DNA of 64,000 nucleotides from the IMG/VR virus record IMGVR_UViG_2547132108_000003, positions 854-64,853 of that record. One strand, given 5' to 3'. Made by a program: the position numbers and the translations under genes. The notes under the pieces were generated by a model. It ran no database searches. It had not been told where the DNA came from and saw nothing but the letters and a program-made list of their open reading frames with translations. Of this stretch, positions 38,211-49,300 are shown one piece after another (position 1 is the stretch's first letter; each line of letters starts with the position of its first letter). This DNA comes from a virus. Taxonomy: Duplodnaviria > Caudoviricetes.

Positions 38211-38987
38211 ATGGTTCTTCAACTAGGACGTTATGGCTCTAGAGAGATTATGGACTTGCAAATATTTAATTATGTTACGAAAAAACCATATATGACTATG
38301 GATTACGCCACTTCCACCCAAACAGAGAATACAGCCGAAACTGTATATGCAAGAGGTGGTGCCGGAAATCCACGCAGGATCGCATGGAATGGGGACAAAC
38401 AAACAACCGTAACTGTTGAAACTCAAATTTTCACTATGCAACATTTGGCATTACTTGCAGGTGAGGATATCGTTTCTGGCAAAAGTGAAATTTTTCAGCG
38501 CGAAGTTCTTCCTGTCGAAGATGGTGGAACAGGTAAAAAAGTCGTGAAATTAAAAAAGACACCAATAGGGACAACGGCTGATGTTGCAGTATTTGCATTT
38601 ATTAATGGCATTCTTGGCGATAGTCAACAGGTGGAATCGATTAGCAATAGCGAAGTAACGCTCGCTGCTTCTGCAACTGCTGCGATTGGAAGTGAAGTTG
38701 AAGTGTACTATAGATGGCAAGCAATTGACTCTAAAAAACTTTCGTTCACATCCAAAGGGTTCCCTCCTTATGTATTTATGGCAGGCAATACTATTTATCC
38801 CGATGAAATTTCTGGTGATGTGGTATCTGCACAATTGAAGTATTACAAAGCCAAATTGCAACCTAACTTCACTATTAGCAACTCTCCCACAGGTGATCCG
38901 AGTTCTTTGAGTTTGAAATTTGACGTGTTCCCTGTAAAAGTAAATGGTGTCGATACGCTATATGATATGGTGATCTACGAAGATTAA
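38211..38987 (+). CDS. major tail (tube) protein
   Basis: RYGSREIMDL..TAETVYARGG..PRRIAW; SPTGDPSSLSLKFDV. Confidence 0.75.
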   Translation: MVLQLGRYGSREIMDLQIFNYVTKKPYMTMDYATSTQTENTAETVYARGGAGNPRRIAWNGDKQTTVTVETQIFTMQHLALLAGEDIVSGKSEIFQREVLPVEDGGTGKKVVKLKKTPIGTTADVAVFAFINGILGDSQQVESISNSEVTLAASATAAIGSEVEVYYRWQAIDSKKLSFTSKGFPPYVFMAGNTIYPDEISGDVVSAQLKYYKAKLQPNFTISNSPTGDPSSLSLKFDVFPVKVNGVDTLYDMVIYED

Positions 38988-39099
38988 TAAATTATGAAAG
39001 GCAGACTTAAAATTCTGCCTCTCATCTTGAGAAGCTCTTGATAATGTGAGGGCTTTTGAATATGAGAATAAAACATATTTTTAAAGGGAGTGTTATTGA

Positions 39100-39573
39100 A
39101 TGAGTAAAACAGTAAAGAACCTGTCTATGAGTCTAGTTAAGAAACAGGATGCAGCGAAGTACAAAGATAAAAAGCGAGTAAATTTTGATGATGTGAAAGT
39201 AGATGTTGATGTTGTATTCCGCCCTTCTAAAAGAAATCTTGTTGTGGCTGAGATGTTAGATGTACTACATAATGCATTAGTTGAAAAGAGAAAAATGGAT
39301 GGAGGGATTGGTCTTATTATAAGTAATGCTTTAATTGTTAAGCACTTCACTTCCATTGAAACTGATGCAGAAGATTATGAAGGACTAATAAATATGTTAA
39401 CTCTTCTTACAGATGGTGAGTATCTAGAAAAAATTATGACTGCTTTTGAAAAAGAACAACTTGAAATCATGTATGAAGAACTAAATAAAGCTATCTTGAT
39501 GACTAAGGAAATCATTGAAACCGAAACTGAAAAAGCAAAAGTTGAAGGTGAGAAGGATGCCGACGTTCAATAA
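39100..39573 (+). CDS. putative tail assembly chaperone
   Basis: 157 aa after tube; acidic helical. Confidence 0.55.
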   Translation: MSKTVKNLSMSLVKKQDAAKYKDKKRVNFDDVKVDVDVVFRPSKRNLVVAEMLDVLHNALVEKRKMDGGIGLIISNALIVKHFTSIETDAEDYEGLINMLTLLTDGEYLEKIMTAFEKEQLEIMYEELNKAILMTKEIIETETEKAKVEGEKDADVQ

Positions 39574-40039
39574 TCTTGCTGATTTAAATAAGTTTTTGTC
39601 TTCAGCAATTGGGCAACAATTGTTGTTCAATCAAGACTCAATTAAACGAGCATTACAAAGTGAAGCTGAACGTCTTCAAAAGTATTTGATTGAGGAAATA
39701 GATAAGCATCTAATGTCATATCAACCAATTGAATATGAGCGTACAGGAGCATGGCTCGAATCAATTCGTGTGAATCCAGCTAAGCGAGTTGGTAATGAAT
39801 TTTCTATTAGTATTACATTTGATGATCAATTTGCTTATCATACATCTGCAATTGGTGGAGAGGACGGATATGTTCCGTGGTTAATGGAGGTTGGCTGGAA
39901 AGATCATTCCAAACAAACTCCTCATTTTAAAGGTTTTAAAGGGACACATTATATAAAAAATGCTGTTGAACGATGGAATCAAGATAATAAGTTTGGATTT
40001 GAGATCCGTGTTTACCACGGGAAAGAAAGATATATTTAA
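39557..40039 (+). CDS. tail completion-like protein (HK97 gp10-like)
   Basis: YERTGAWLESI motif; ATG 39557 with GAGAAGG RBS. Confidence 0.55.
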   Translation: MPTFNNLADLNKFLSSAIGQQLLFNQDSIKRALQSEAERLQKYLIEEIDKHLMSYQPIEYERTGAWLESIRVNPAKRVGNEFSISITFDDQFAYHTSAIGGEDGYVPWLMEVGWKDHSKQTPHFKGFKGTHYIKNAVERWNQDNKFGFEIRVYHGKERYI

Positions 40040-40178
40040 TATTATTTGTCAAATGCAAGCACACAGAGGTTGCAAACTCTGAGTGTCACTAACTCATCCT
40101 AGTTGATATGTCGTGCTTGTTTCTTTTCATATCAAAATGATTAGGGTGAGGCTTTTAACGAAAGGATGAGAAATTGTT

Positions 40179-41507
40179 GTGAGTAAGTTCCATAAACGAT
40201 ACACAAGAGAAGAAGTAATCCAGATGTTACAAGATTTTTATAAAGACAAAAATATTAATCCAACTATACAACATATGAAAAATCCAATGCCCTCTCCTTA
40301 CACTTTAGTGAAACTATTTGGTTCTTGGGAAAATGCATTAAGTGCAGCAGGTATATCTAAACAAAAACAAAAAGAAACAGACTATACAAAGAATGAATTA
40401 ATTTACTATTTACAAAAATATTATAGAGAATTTGGTAAAGTGCCTACAACGAGAGATTTAAAGAAAAATAAATATTATCCGAGCGATTATCCATTCAGAA
40501 GCCATTTTGGAAATTTTAAAAACGCGCTTATTGAAGCTGGCTTATTTGATCTTAGAAAAGATAAAAACAATAATATTTTCGATAGGAGACCTTACAGCAA
40601 AGACGAACTTTTATATATACTTGATTGGACTATTGAACATATTGGAGAGTTGCCAACGAATGAAGTTTTTAATAGCCTGACATTTACTCCATCGACAAAT
40701 TCATATATTAAATATTTTGGTGGGATGAATAATGCATTTAAAATAATAGGCTATTCACCAAAATTCATTCATAAGAACAAAACCAACGAACAATTGTTAA
40801 ATGATATTATTTCTCTTTCAAAAGAGTTGGGAAGAACACCAAGCGCTGATGATATAGAAAAATCCAAATATTGTGCATGTATAAATACATACTTAGATAG
40901 GTTTGGAAGCCTATACTATGTTTACGACTTATGTAATTTATCTTACATGATGAGAACAAGATATTTAGATGATAAGCAAATTATTCAACTTTGGTATGAT
41001 TTTAAAAACAAAAAAGGTAGAATACCATCTCAAGAAGAAGTGAAATATGAAGAAGAACATAAAATACACAGTGCTATATTTTATAGATGGGGAAACTATT
41101 ATAACTTTATTAAAGATATTGGTGAAGAAATTAATTATTGTAAATATTTTAAAGTTTATTTAACCACCAAAGGAACAAGATGTTTTTCATATTCTGAATA
41201 TAGAATAACTAAATGGTTAGAAGAAAATGAATATATGTTTGAAAAAGAAGTTAAGTATAAGGATGTTTTGCTTAATGACAACACTCATCGAAGATTTGAC
41301 TGGTCTATTGAGGCTAATGGTCAAAAAATTTATGTTGAATTGTTTGGCTTAAATGGAATTGAAGAGTATGACCTTAAATCTAAAATTAAAATAGATGACT
41401 GTCGAAAAAACAACATTAATTTAATAGCGCTCTACCCAAATGATTTAAAGAGACCTTTAGAAGAGGTCTTTTCTTTTTTACAGGAAGACATCAAAGAGGT
41501 GGTTTAA
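40179..41507 (+). CDS. free-standing homing endonuclease: HNH-associated repeats + C-terminal PD-(D/E)xK nuclease
   Basis: About five repeats like YT.EELI..LQ..Y...G..PT......PS...Y...FGSW; SYSEY..EKEVKY..RFDW..VELFG. Confidence 0.8.
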   Translation: MSKFHKRYTREEVIQMLQDFYKDKNINPTIQHMKNPMPSPYTLVKLFGSWENALSAAGISKQKQKETDYTKNELIYYLQKYYREFGKVPTTRDLKKNKYYPSDYPFRSHFGNFKNALIEAGLFDLRKDKNNNIFDRRPYSKDELLYILDWTIEHIGELPTNEVFNSLTFTPSTNSYIKYFGGMNNAFKIIGYSPKFIHKNKTNEQLLNDIISLSKELGRTPSADDIEKSKYCACINTYLDRFGSLYYVYDLCNLSYMMRTRYLDDKQIIQLWYDFKNKKGRIPSQEEVKYEEEHKIHSAIFYRWGNYYNFIKDIGEEINYCKYFKVYLTTKGTRCFSYSEYRITKWLEENEYMFEKEVKYKDVLLNDNTHRRFDWSIEANGQKIYVELFGLNGIEEYDLKSKIKIDDCRKNNINLIALYPNDLKRPLEEVFSFLQEDIKEVV

Positions 41508-42529
41508 TGCCAAGAAAAACGTATCGCAAAGTAATAACATCCCCAGAACTAACAGAACAAATTAATTCAAAGAATAAAAAGTTGATCGATCGCTTCATAA
41601 AAGAAAAAAACACACGATGTTCTGATACAACTATTGAAGCATATGCAAGTGACTTAAACATTTTCTTTACTTGGAATCTTATAAATAATGAGAACAAGTT
41701 CTTTGTAGAAATCAAGAAAATTGAATTTGCGGATTTCTTCAGTTACTGTGTCGAAGAGTTGAAATGGGGTTCTGCTCGTTTTGGAAGGATGAAATCATGC
41801 CTAAGCTCTTTATCTGAATTCATTATCCGTTATTATGATGAAGATTACCCTCAATTTCGTAATGTTATCCTGAAAGCAATTGAATCGATGCCGAGAAATC
41901 CTGTTAGGGAAAAAACTATTCTGTCTGAGGAGCAGGTAAATAGTTTGCTAAATTATCTAAAAAATGAAATTAAAAGACCGCAGGAAGCATGTCTTCTTGC
42001 TTTGGCTATTGCAAGTGGAGCAAGAATATCCGAATGGCTGCGATTTACAACTGACCTCATAGATGAAAACAATACAGCTTTTGATAATATGTTTTTAGAG
42101 ACCACAAAGAAAATCAAAACAAAGGGACGTACTAAGTCTGGCAAAGTAATTGAGAAATATATTATTAAAGACTTATTCTTACCTTATTATAAAGATTGGC
42201 TAGTGGAACGAGAAAAGATTATGAAAGCAAAAGAAGTAGAACATAATTCAATTTTCATTCGAAGAGATGGTAAACCTGCTACAGTAGAAACAGTAAGAGG
42301 ATGGATTCAGAAATGGGAAAATTATTTAGGAGTTCCATTCTATCCACATTGTCTCCGTCATTATATAACAACTTCTCTCAGTCGTCTTGGGCTTAGTTCA
42401 GATTTTATTGTTGAGGTGATGGGTTGGAGTTCTACTGATATGGTAAAAGTTTATAACGATTTAACGGCCAAAGAAAAGAAATGGAAAGATCTTGATAAAC
42501 TTAAGGCTCACATCTCTAAGGAAAAATGA
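41507..42529 (+). CDS. tyrosine recombinase (YomM-like) within the tail module
   Basis: SGARISEW, KTKGR, YPHCLRHY, MGWSSTDMVKVY. Confidence 0.9.
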   Translation: MPRKTYRKVITSPELTEQINSKNKKLIDRFIKEKNTRCSDTTIEAYASDLNIFFTWNLINNENKFFVEIKKIEFADFFSYCVEELKWGSARFGRMKSCLSSLSEFIIRYYDEDYPQFRNVILKAIESMPRNPVREKTILSEEQVNSLLNYLKNEIKRPQEACLLALAIASGARISEWLRFTTDLIDENNTAFDNMFLETTKKIKTKGRTKSGKVIEKYIIKDLFLPYYKDWLVEREKIMKAKEVEHNSIFIRRDGKPATVETVRGWIQKWENYLGVPFYPHCLRHYITTSLSRLGLSSDFIVEVMGWSSTDMVKVYNDLTAKEKKWKDLDKLKAHISKEK

Positions 42530-42547
42530 GAATGAAAGGATGATTTC

Positions 42548-42712
42548 ATGCCAAAGTACGAATTTAGCGATAATCAGATTCGCAACCTCCTTACATTCTT
42601 GGATCGAGCGGAAATTAAAGGCTTCCATGAGATTCAAGCAATTAATGATATTGTGTCCATTCTGAACAATCCACTACAATGCGATTTAGATAACCGTAAC
42701 CAGTCCAATTAA
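42548..42712 (+). CDS. 54-aa ORF (MPKYEFSDNQ...)
   Basis: Hand-translated; AAAGGA RBS. Confidence 0.6.
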   Translation: MPKYEFSDNQIRNLLTFLDRAEIKGFHEIQAINDIVSILNNPLQCDLDNRNQSN

Positions 42713-42740
42713 TTTAACATCTCTAAAGGAGGTACCAAAT

Positions 42741-42902
42741 ATGTCTGACAGAAACACACAAAAATATATAGCAGGAATAGACCTGTCGTATGACATTATT
42801 AAGTTACTTGAAAAGTATGACCTAACAGTTAAAGAAGCAGAGCATACTTTGGAAAAAGCAAAAGAAGATCTTCCAAAATACGCTCGCTTGGTTTTAAAAT
42901 AA
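42741..42902 (+). CDS. 53-aa ORF (MSDRNTQKY...)
   Basis: Hand-translated; AAAGGAGGT RBS. Confidence 0.6.
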   Translation: MSDRNTQKYIAGIDLSYDIIKLLEKYDLTVKEAEHTLEKAKEDLPKYARLVLK

Positions 42903-42906
42903 AAAA

Positions 42907-43116
42907 TCATCTTATGAGAATTGTTTTCTTTTGTTCGTCAACAGTTAACTCTGCCCTAGTATGAATTATTCTAAATCCAGAATCAAGAAATATTAATTCT
43001 GCAAGTATGCCTTGATCGTCTTTAGCAATAACGTTTTTCCCACTTTCGGAAATAAAAATCCGAACTGATTGTCGAGTCTCTATTGACCAACCATTAATAT
43101 TAGCCAAATTAATCAC
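42907..43116 (-). CDS. reverse-strand moron, 69 aa
   Basis: AAGGAGGTG RBS; sigmaH-like promoter upstream. Confidence 0.65.
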   Translation of the reverse strand: MINLANINGWSIETRQSVRIFISESGKNVIAKDDQGILAELIFLDSGFRIIHTRAELTVDEQKKTILIR

Positions 43117-43140
43117 CTCCTTTTTTCGTCAATACCTAAT

Positions 43141-43165
43141 ATTCGACATTATTAAACATATTCCT
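43141..43165 (-). promoter_or_regulatory. sigmaH-type promoter
   Basis: AGGAATA-N11-GTCGAAT. Confidence 0.55.
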
Positions 43166-43356
43166 CCATTTATTTTTCTTGTTGGAAAAATTAAGCTTAA
43201 GAATGCCAAATTTACATAGGACTCTTTGATAAATCAGACTGCATCTTATTTAGGTGCAGTTTATTTTGTTAATGAGAAACAGAATAAAAAATGAGTTTTA
43301 TCGGGAGAAGGCAAATTGCCTCTCCTTTTTTATTTTTCTGAAAAGGAGAGGTTCAA

Positions 43357-46300
43357 ATGTCTGACTTAAGGATACTAGTATCGGCAACATTGAATGAAAA
43401 ACGTTCAATTGTTGATCTGAATGAAGCAATCAAAAAAATACAAAACGATCCAGCGCTACAAAAGTTAAAACTAAATATTGACATCGACCAAAAGTTTGCA
43501 AAATCAATTAATGAATTTACAGATGCGTTAAACAAAATGAAACAAGTTTCAGAAAATCAGAACAAAGTTATTTCTGAAAACACTGAGATATTCAAAAGAC
43601 TTGATGGAACTGTTCAACAAGTTACACAGAAGGTTTTAAAGAATGGCGAAATCATTCAGCGAACCAAAACGATTCATGATGAAAACAAAAAAGCAATGGT
43701 CGATGAAAGTCAGGCAGCAACAAAACTGGCTGAAAGTATAGATAAATTAAATAAAACAGAGATTGACTCAATCACTATTAATAAAAATAGATCCAATAAA
43801 CCAACAGGATACACAATCAAGTCTTCAGAAGGTTACTCAGTTACCACAAAACGTCTTGAGCCTGATGGTGAAACCCTAAAAAGTTCCACAACTACGACAA
43901 ATTACTTGAAACAACGTCTTGATGAGATCAAAGAGCAAAAAAGAATAAATGAGCAAGCAGAAGCCTTAGATCGTGCTCATTTTATGGCTATTCGTGATAA
44001 CAATAAACGAATTGAAGAAATGGAAAAACTTCATACCCTTGCCCTACAACAAAACCTAAAAAGGGATGAAGATTATTTAAACAAAAAAGCATTACTTCAA
44101 ACTAGGATAGCAGATTTAAAAAGAAGATATAGTGGTGATACCAATGTAGTAACATCATTGTCTGAGTTAGAAAGAAGCCTCTCTTCAGTTTCCAAAGTCG
44201 GTTATGCTAAAGGATTCAAAGAAATTGAACTTAGTATAAAGCGTATTGGGTCAGAAGCAAAAACAAGTGGTAGCAATGCTAGATCAATGAGTGAGGAAAT
44301 GGGTATTGCGCTATCCCGTTTAACCACTTGGGGCCTTGCGACAACAGCAATTTATGGTACCAAAAGAGCGCTTGAGCAAATGATTAAGACTATCATTGAA
44401 CTAGACTCTCAAATTGTTCATCTAAAGAGAGTTATGGACGAAGATACTAATTTTGATCAGATGTTAAAAGGTTCAACAGACATCGCAAACCAACTGGGTC
44501 AGAAAGTAACTGATATAAATAAAGCTCTTATTGATGCTGCACAAGCAGGATATAAATCTCAAGAAGCCCTCGATATCACAAAAACATCAGTTGTAGCATC
44601 CAATGTTTCTGATATGTCTCCTCAACAAGCAATGAGTGACATGATCGCCGCTATGAAGGCATTCAATATTGAGGCAAAAGATTCAATTAAGATCGTAGAC
44701 AAATTAAATGAGGTCGATAATAACTATTCAGTTAGTACAAGAAACTTAGCGGATGCTGTAACTCATGCCGGTGCCGCTGCTAAGACGTATGGTGTTAGCC
44801 TCGATCAACTGATCGGATATACAACTGCTATCGGTGAGGTTACAAGGGAATCAGGCTCTGTAATTGGTAATATGCAAAAGTCTATCTTCTCTAGACTTTT
44901 TACAGATGCATCAATATCAGCTCTACATAGTGTAAATGTTGAAGTACTTGATTTTAATGGTGAGAATAGAAAAGCATCTGAAATACTCTCCGACTTAGGA
45001 GAAAAATGGAAATCTCTTTCGGCAACTCAACAAGCAAATGTTGGTGTTACTGTTGCTGGCCGAAATCAACTCACGAGGTTCTTGGCATTAATGAATAACT
45101 GGGATACAGCAGTTAAGGCTACTCAAACAAGCCTAAACTCTCAAGGCTCAGCAATGCGTGAGAACAGTCAATATATGCAGTCGATGCAAGCAAAAATAAA
45201 TCTACTTGCTACAGCATGGGAGCATCTGTCTTATACAGTTGGCAATAACGGATTAAAAGGACTCTTTACTGGGATAGTCGAAAGTCTCACAAAACTAAGC
45301 AAAGGTTTTGCTGAGTTAACAGAGGCTACAAACGGTTGGAATATCAAACTCCCTCTAATTGCTGGTGGGGTTTATGGAGCAGTAAGGGCAATCCAAGTGT
45401 TAAGTCTCTCTATTAAAGGACTAAAACTTTCATTAGGTTTGATCGGTATTGGATTAGTTGCAGTGGAAAGTCTTATTTCTTATTTCATGGAATCCAAAAA
45501 AGCTGCGGAACTTAATACTGAAGCGTTAATTGAAAATGCAAATCAAACAAAATCCAATGCAGATAAACTCGAAGATTTAGTTAATAAGCATAACCAATTG
45601 AAGTCTGAAGTTGACAATGGTTCAGGATCACAAGAAGAGTTGCAAAAGGTCCTTTCTCAGATCAATGATTTATATCCACAATTGATTCAGAGGACTGGGG
45701 AACACGGTAAGGCGCTTAGTCTTAATACAGAAGAAGCTAAGAAACAAATTGAAGCATTGAGGCAAATGTCAAACGAGCAACTAAAATTGGCTCAACAGGC
45801 TAATGCCATGAAGATTAATGATCTCGAATCCAAGATTGAAGAAGCAAAAAACAAACTTAAATCAAAGGGCGAAGAAACTACTAATAAGTTTAACCAAAAA
45901 GTCGAACTAGAAGTATTCTTCAACGCAAAGACCGCTGAGACCGCAAAAGAAAATTATCGTAAGATGGTTGAATCTCTTCAATCACAAATGGACTCTGATA
46001 AAAGCGGTCAAAATTATTTAGCAATAAAACGTCAAGTAGATGAACTTAGTGAAAAGTATAGGCAATTCAATGTTTTGCTTCGCGAAAGTGGAGCCTCGTT
46101 TGATGAATATTATAATATTGTGAAAGATAAGCAGGGCTTTGAACAAGAATTAAAAGGAGCAACACAAGAAAAGAAACTCATTAATTCGCTTCTTGAGGGG
46201 AAAGCTGCGTTAAAAAAATCAACAGAAGAAAGCAAAATAGTTGTTGATGAAGAAACGGAAGCTATCAAAATAAGAAATGACAGGCTCCTTGATCTGGCTG

Positions 46301-49300
46301 GAATTCAAAGAAAGTTAGCTGAAACACTTGAAACGACAGTAGAAAAAGCAAAACCACTAAATGACGCAATCGACAAACTGAACGAAGGTCATTCGTTAAC
46401 ATCAAGTGAGATTACTGGTCTACTGAAGAATTATCCCGATTTATTTAATGCATTTACTGAAGAAAATGGACACTTAAAGATTAATACTCAGGCCCTTGAG
46501 ACAAAGCGAGACGCAATTATTAATGAGGCTACTTTATCTATAGATGCTGAGCAAAGAAAGGTTGATGCACAAAGAACGGCACTTGCTGCAAGGTTAACAG
46601 CTTACTCTGATGAAATTAAAGCCATTAAATCAGCAGCAGAAGCCAAATCCCTTCAAAGCAAAATTTGGCAAGAGGCTGAAGATGCAATGCGTAAAGATGG
46701 TGTTGCTGGACCAGCATTTGTTCCATCTCAAGATTTAGACGCACTTGAGGCTATCGGAGCAGCACAAGAAACCATTGATAATATAAGAAAAGCAGCTCAA
46801 GGTGGTTTTAAGTTTGATAATAATATCAACTCCAAAAAAGAAAAGAAACAAAAACAAGAAATCCAACTCAAGGATGCATTAGAAGAACAGGATTTAACCA
46901 AAGAACTTATTGCTTCCTTCCAAGGAGAATATGAAGCACGCAAGAAAATCAATGAGGCCATTGAGCGCAGGATTAAACTTAACGAGAAGCAGAAAGATTA
47001 TAACAAAGCTATTACTGAAACAACCGAACTTATCAAATCTCAAGAGCAATCTGTATTGGATTTAGAATCTGCCAATCAGAAACTTCATCAAGAAGCAAAT
47101 CAAGTTAGAGACAACCATAGTAAATTTAATAAAACTGACTTATCTAATGAGGAGTTTTTCAATTCTTGGTTTGACATTAACGATGAAGCAACACCTGCTT
47201 ATAAGGAATTTATAAATACATTTGCAAAAAGGTCACAAGCAATTCATGATGATAACTCATTGAGCAACGAAAAGAAAAACGAATTGATTGACGATCTCAA
47301 AAAGCAGCAAAAAGAAGCAGAAGATACATTCCAACATCTACACCTACTGAAGAATGCTTATGCAGACAATACAGTTAAGATTAACGAGATGTCGGATGCT
47401 ATTGAAGTTTCAAATGAACGGATTAGAAATTTCCGTAAGCAAGCTACCGAAGAGTTGTTAAAATCTGTCGATGTTCAAATTCAAAAGTCCGAACTTGCTA
47501 TGTCTGCTTACACCGATACATCTAGTGAATACCGAGCAGAACAGGAAAAACAGATTGGACTTTTACAGACAAAGATGGATATTGTCAACGCTGAACGTGA
47601 GGCAATTGAGACACGTCTAAGTAGCGGTAAACTTTCAACAGACCAAATTAAGTTGGAAAATGAACGATTGAATGAACTAAATGTTAATCTGTCTGAGTTG
47701 GGCAAAAAACAATCAGATCTTCGATTCAGCAAGATATCAAGTGAGATTAAAGAAAGTGCTGACAAACTCCAAAAGTATGATGATGAATTGAAAATTTCCA
47801 AGGAACGTATGGAAATGTTTGATGAAAAATCTAAGGAGTATAGCGCTGAGCTTACTAATCAAACTAAAATCTTGAAAGATAAGTTGTCTGCTGAAGAGGC
47901 TCATGAAGCAATGATTCGTAAGTCTATGGAGACAGTGGGGTTAACTGCTGAAACATATGCCAAACTTAAAGATGAACTTAGGAAGACCATATTGGCACAA
48001 GCAGATACGATTGGTGCTATGAAGCAAAATGTACTTGATCAACAAAAGAAGCTTGCTGATGACGTAATTGAGATTTATAAAACGATGTATGAGAAGCAAA
48101 AAGAAGTTCGCCAGAAAGCTTTGGAAAAAGAAGAAGAGGAACTTGAAAAGTCTCATAAGAAAAAAGTTGATGCGCTTGACAAGGAAATGAAGAAATATGA
48201 AGAACTTGTTCAAGCTAAACTTAAAGCTCTTGATGATCAAGCGAGTGAAGATGATTATAATAAACAGCTTGCCAAGATGCAAAAAGAACGAGATGAGATT
48301 CAAAAGCAAATTGACATTAAATCCCTAAACAATTCTCCAGAAGCTAAAGCTGCATTAGCCGATTTAAATAAAAAGCTGGAAGAGAAAAATGAGGAAATCG
48401 ATAAGTTTACAACCAATCGGTCACGTGAGCTTCAAAAGAAAGGCTTGCAGGAGCAACTTGACGATAAGAAGAAGAATGTTGACGCTGAAAAAGAAACTGC
48501 TGATAAAACACTTGAAAATGAGAAAGAGCGAATCAAAAAGCAAAAAGAATACTGGGATAGATACTATGACAATCTCATAAATGACGACCGCAGGTTCGCT
48601 CAGATTCGAGAAGAAATTATGCGAGGTAGTACGGAACGTGTTAAGCAAGATTTCGATGGCTTTAAGTCATTCTTAGTTGCTAATAACGAAACTATTGGTC
48701 AAAGCATCTCTTTGAATCTATCTGACAAGATGGATACTGTTTCAAGCAAACTTCAAACAACATCCGAAATGTTGAGATCCACGGTTGGCAATCTTGCAAA
48801 CGAATTCAATAACAATTTAGCCAAGTCACTGGATAATGTTTTATCTAAATTAAGAGAAATAGATAATTTGAAATTTGGTAATATGACTTCCCAGATTTCA
48901 AATATCTCAAGCATTATTGATGAGATGAGGAAAAATAGTGTTGATTGGCATTCGTCAAGTCCTGAAGATCAGAAGAAATTGGAGCAAAGAAACGATCAAT
49001 TAGGTCAATCAATTGGAGCATCTAAGGATAAGTATGGGGAATGGACTAAAGACGGCAATCGACTATTTTCCATTTATTATGTAGCTCAAAATCCTGAAGA
49101 GCAGCAACGCATTGATAAAATGAAGCTAAACTCGCAAGAGTGGAATCGTGCTGACCAAAACAGAAAGAAAGAACTTGAGCAAGCTAATCAATGGATGGGA
49201 GAAAATATTGGAGCAACCTATGGAAATGGAACTTGGTTCAAGAATGGATTGCCCCTTTACCATGATGGAGGAATTGTTGGAGGTAAAGGTACTCCTTTGA

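Noticed and set aside
39100-39573. Programmed -1 frameshift of the tail chaperone
   Set aside because: No convincing slippery heptamer found; the next ORF has its own RBS
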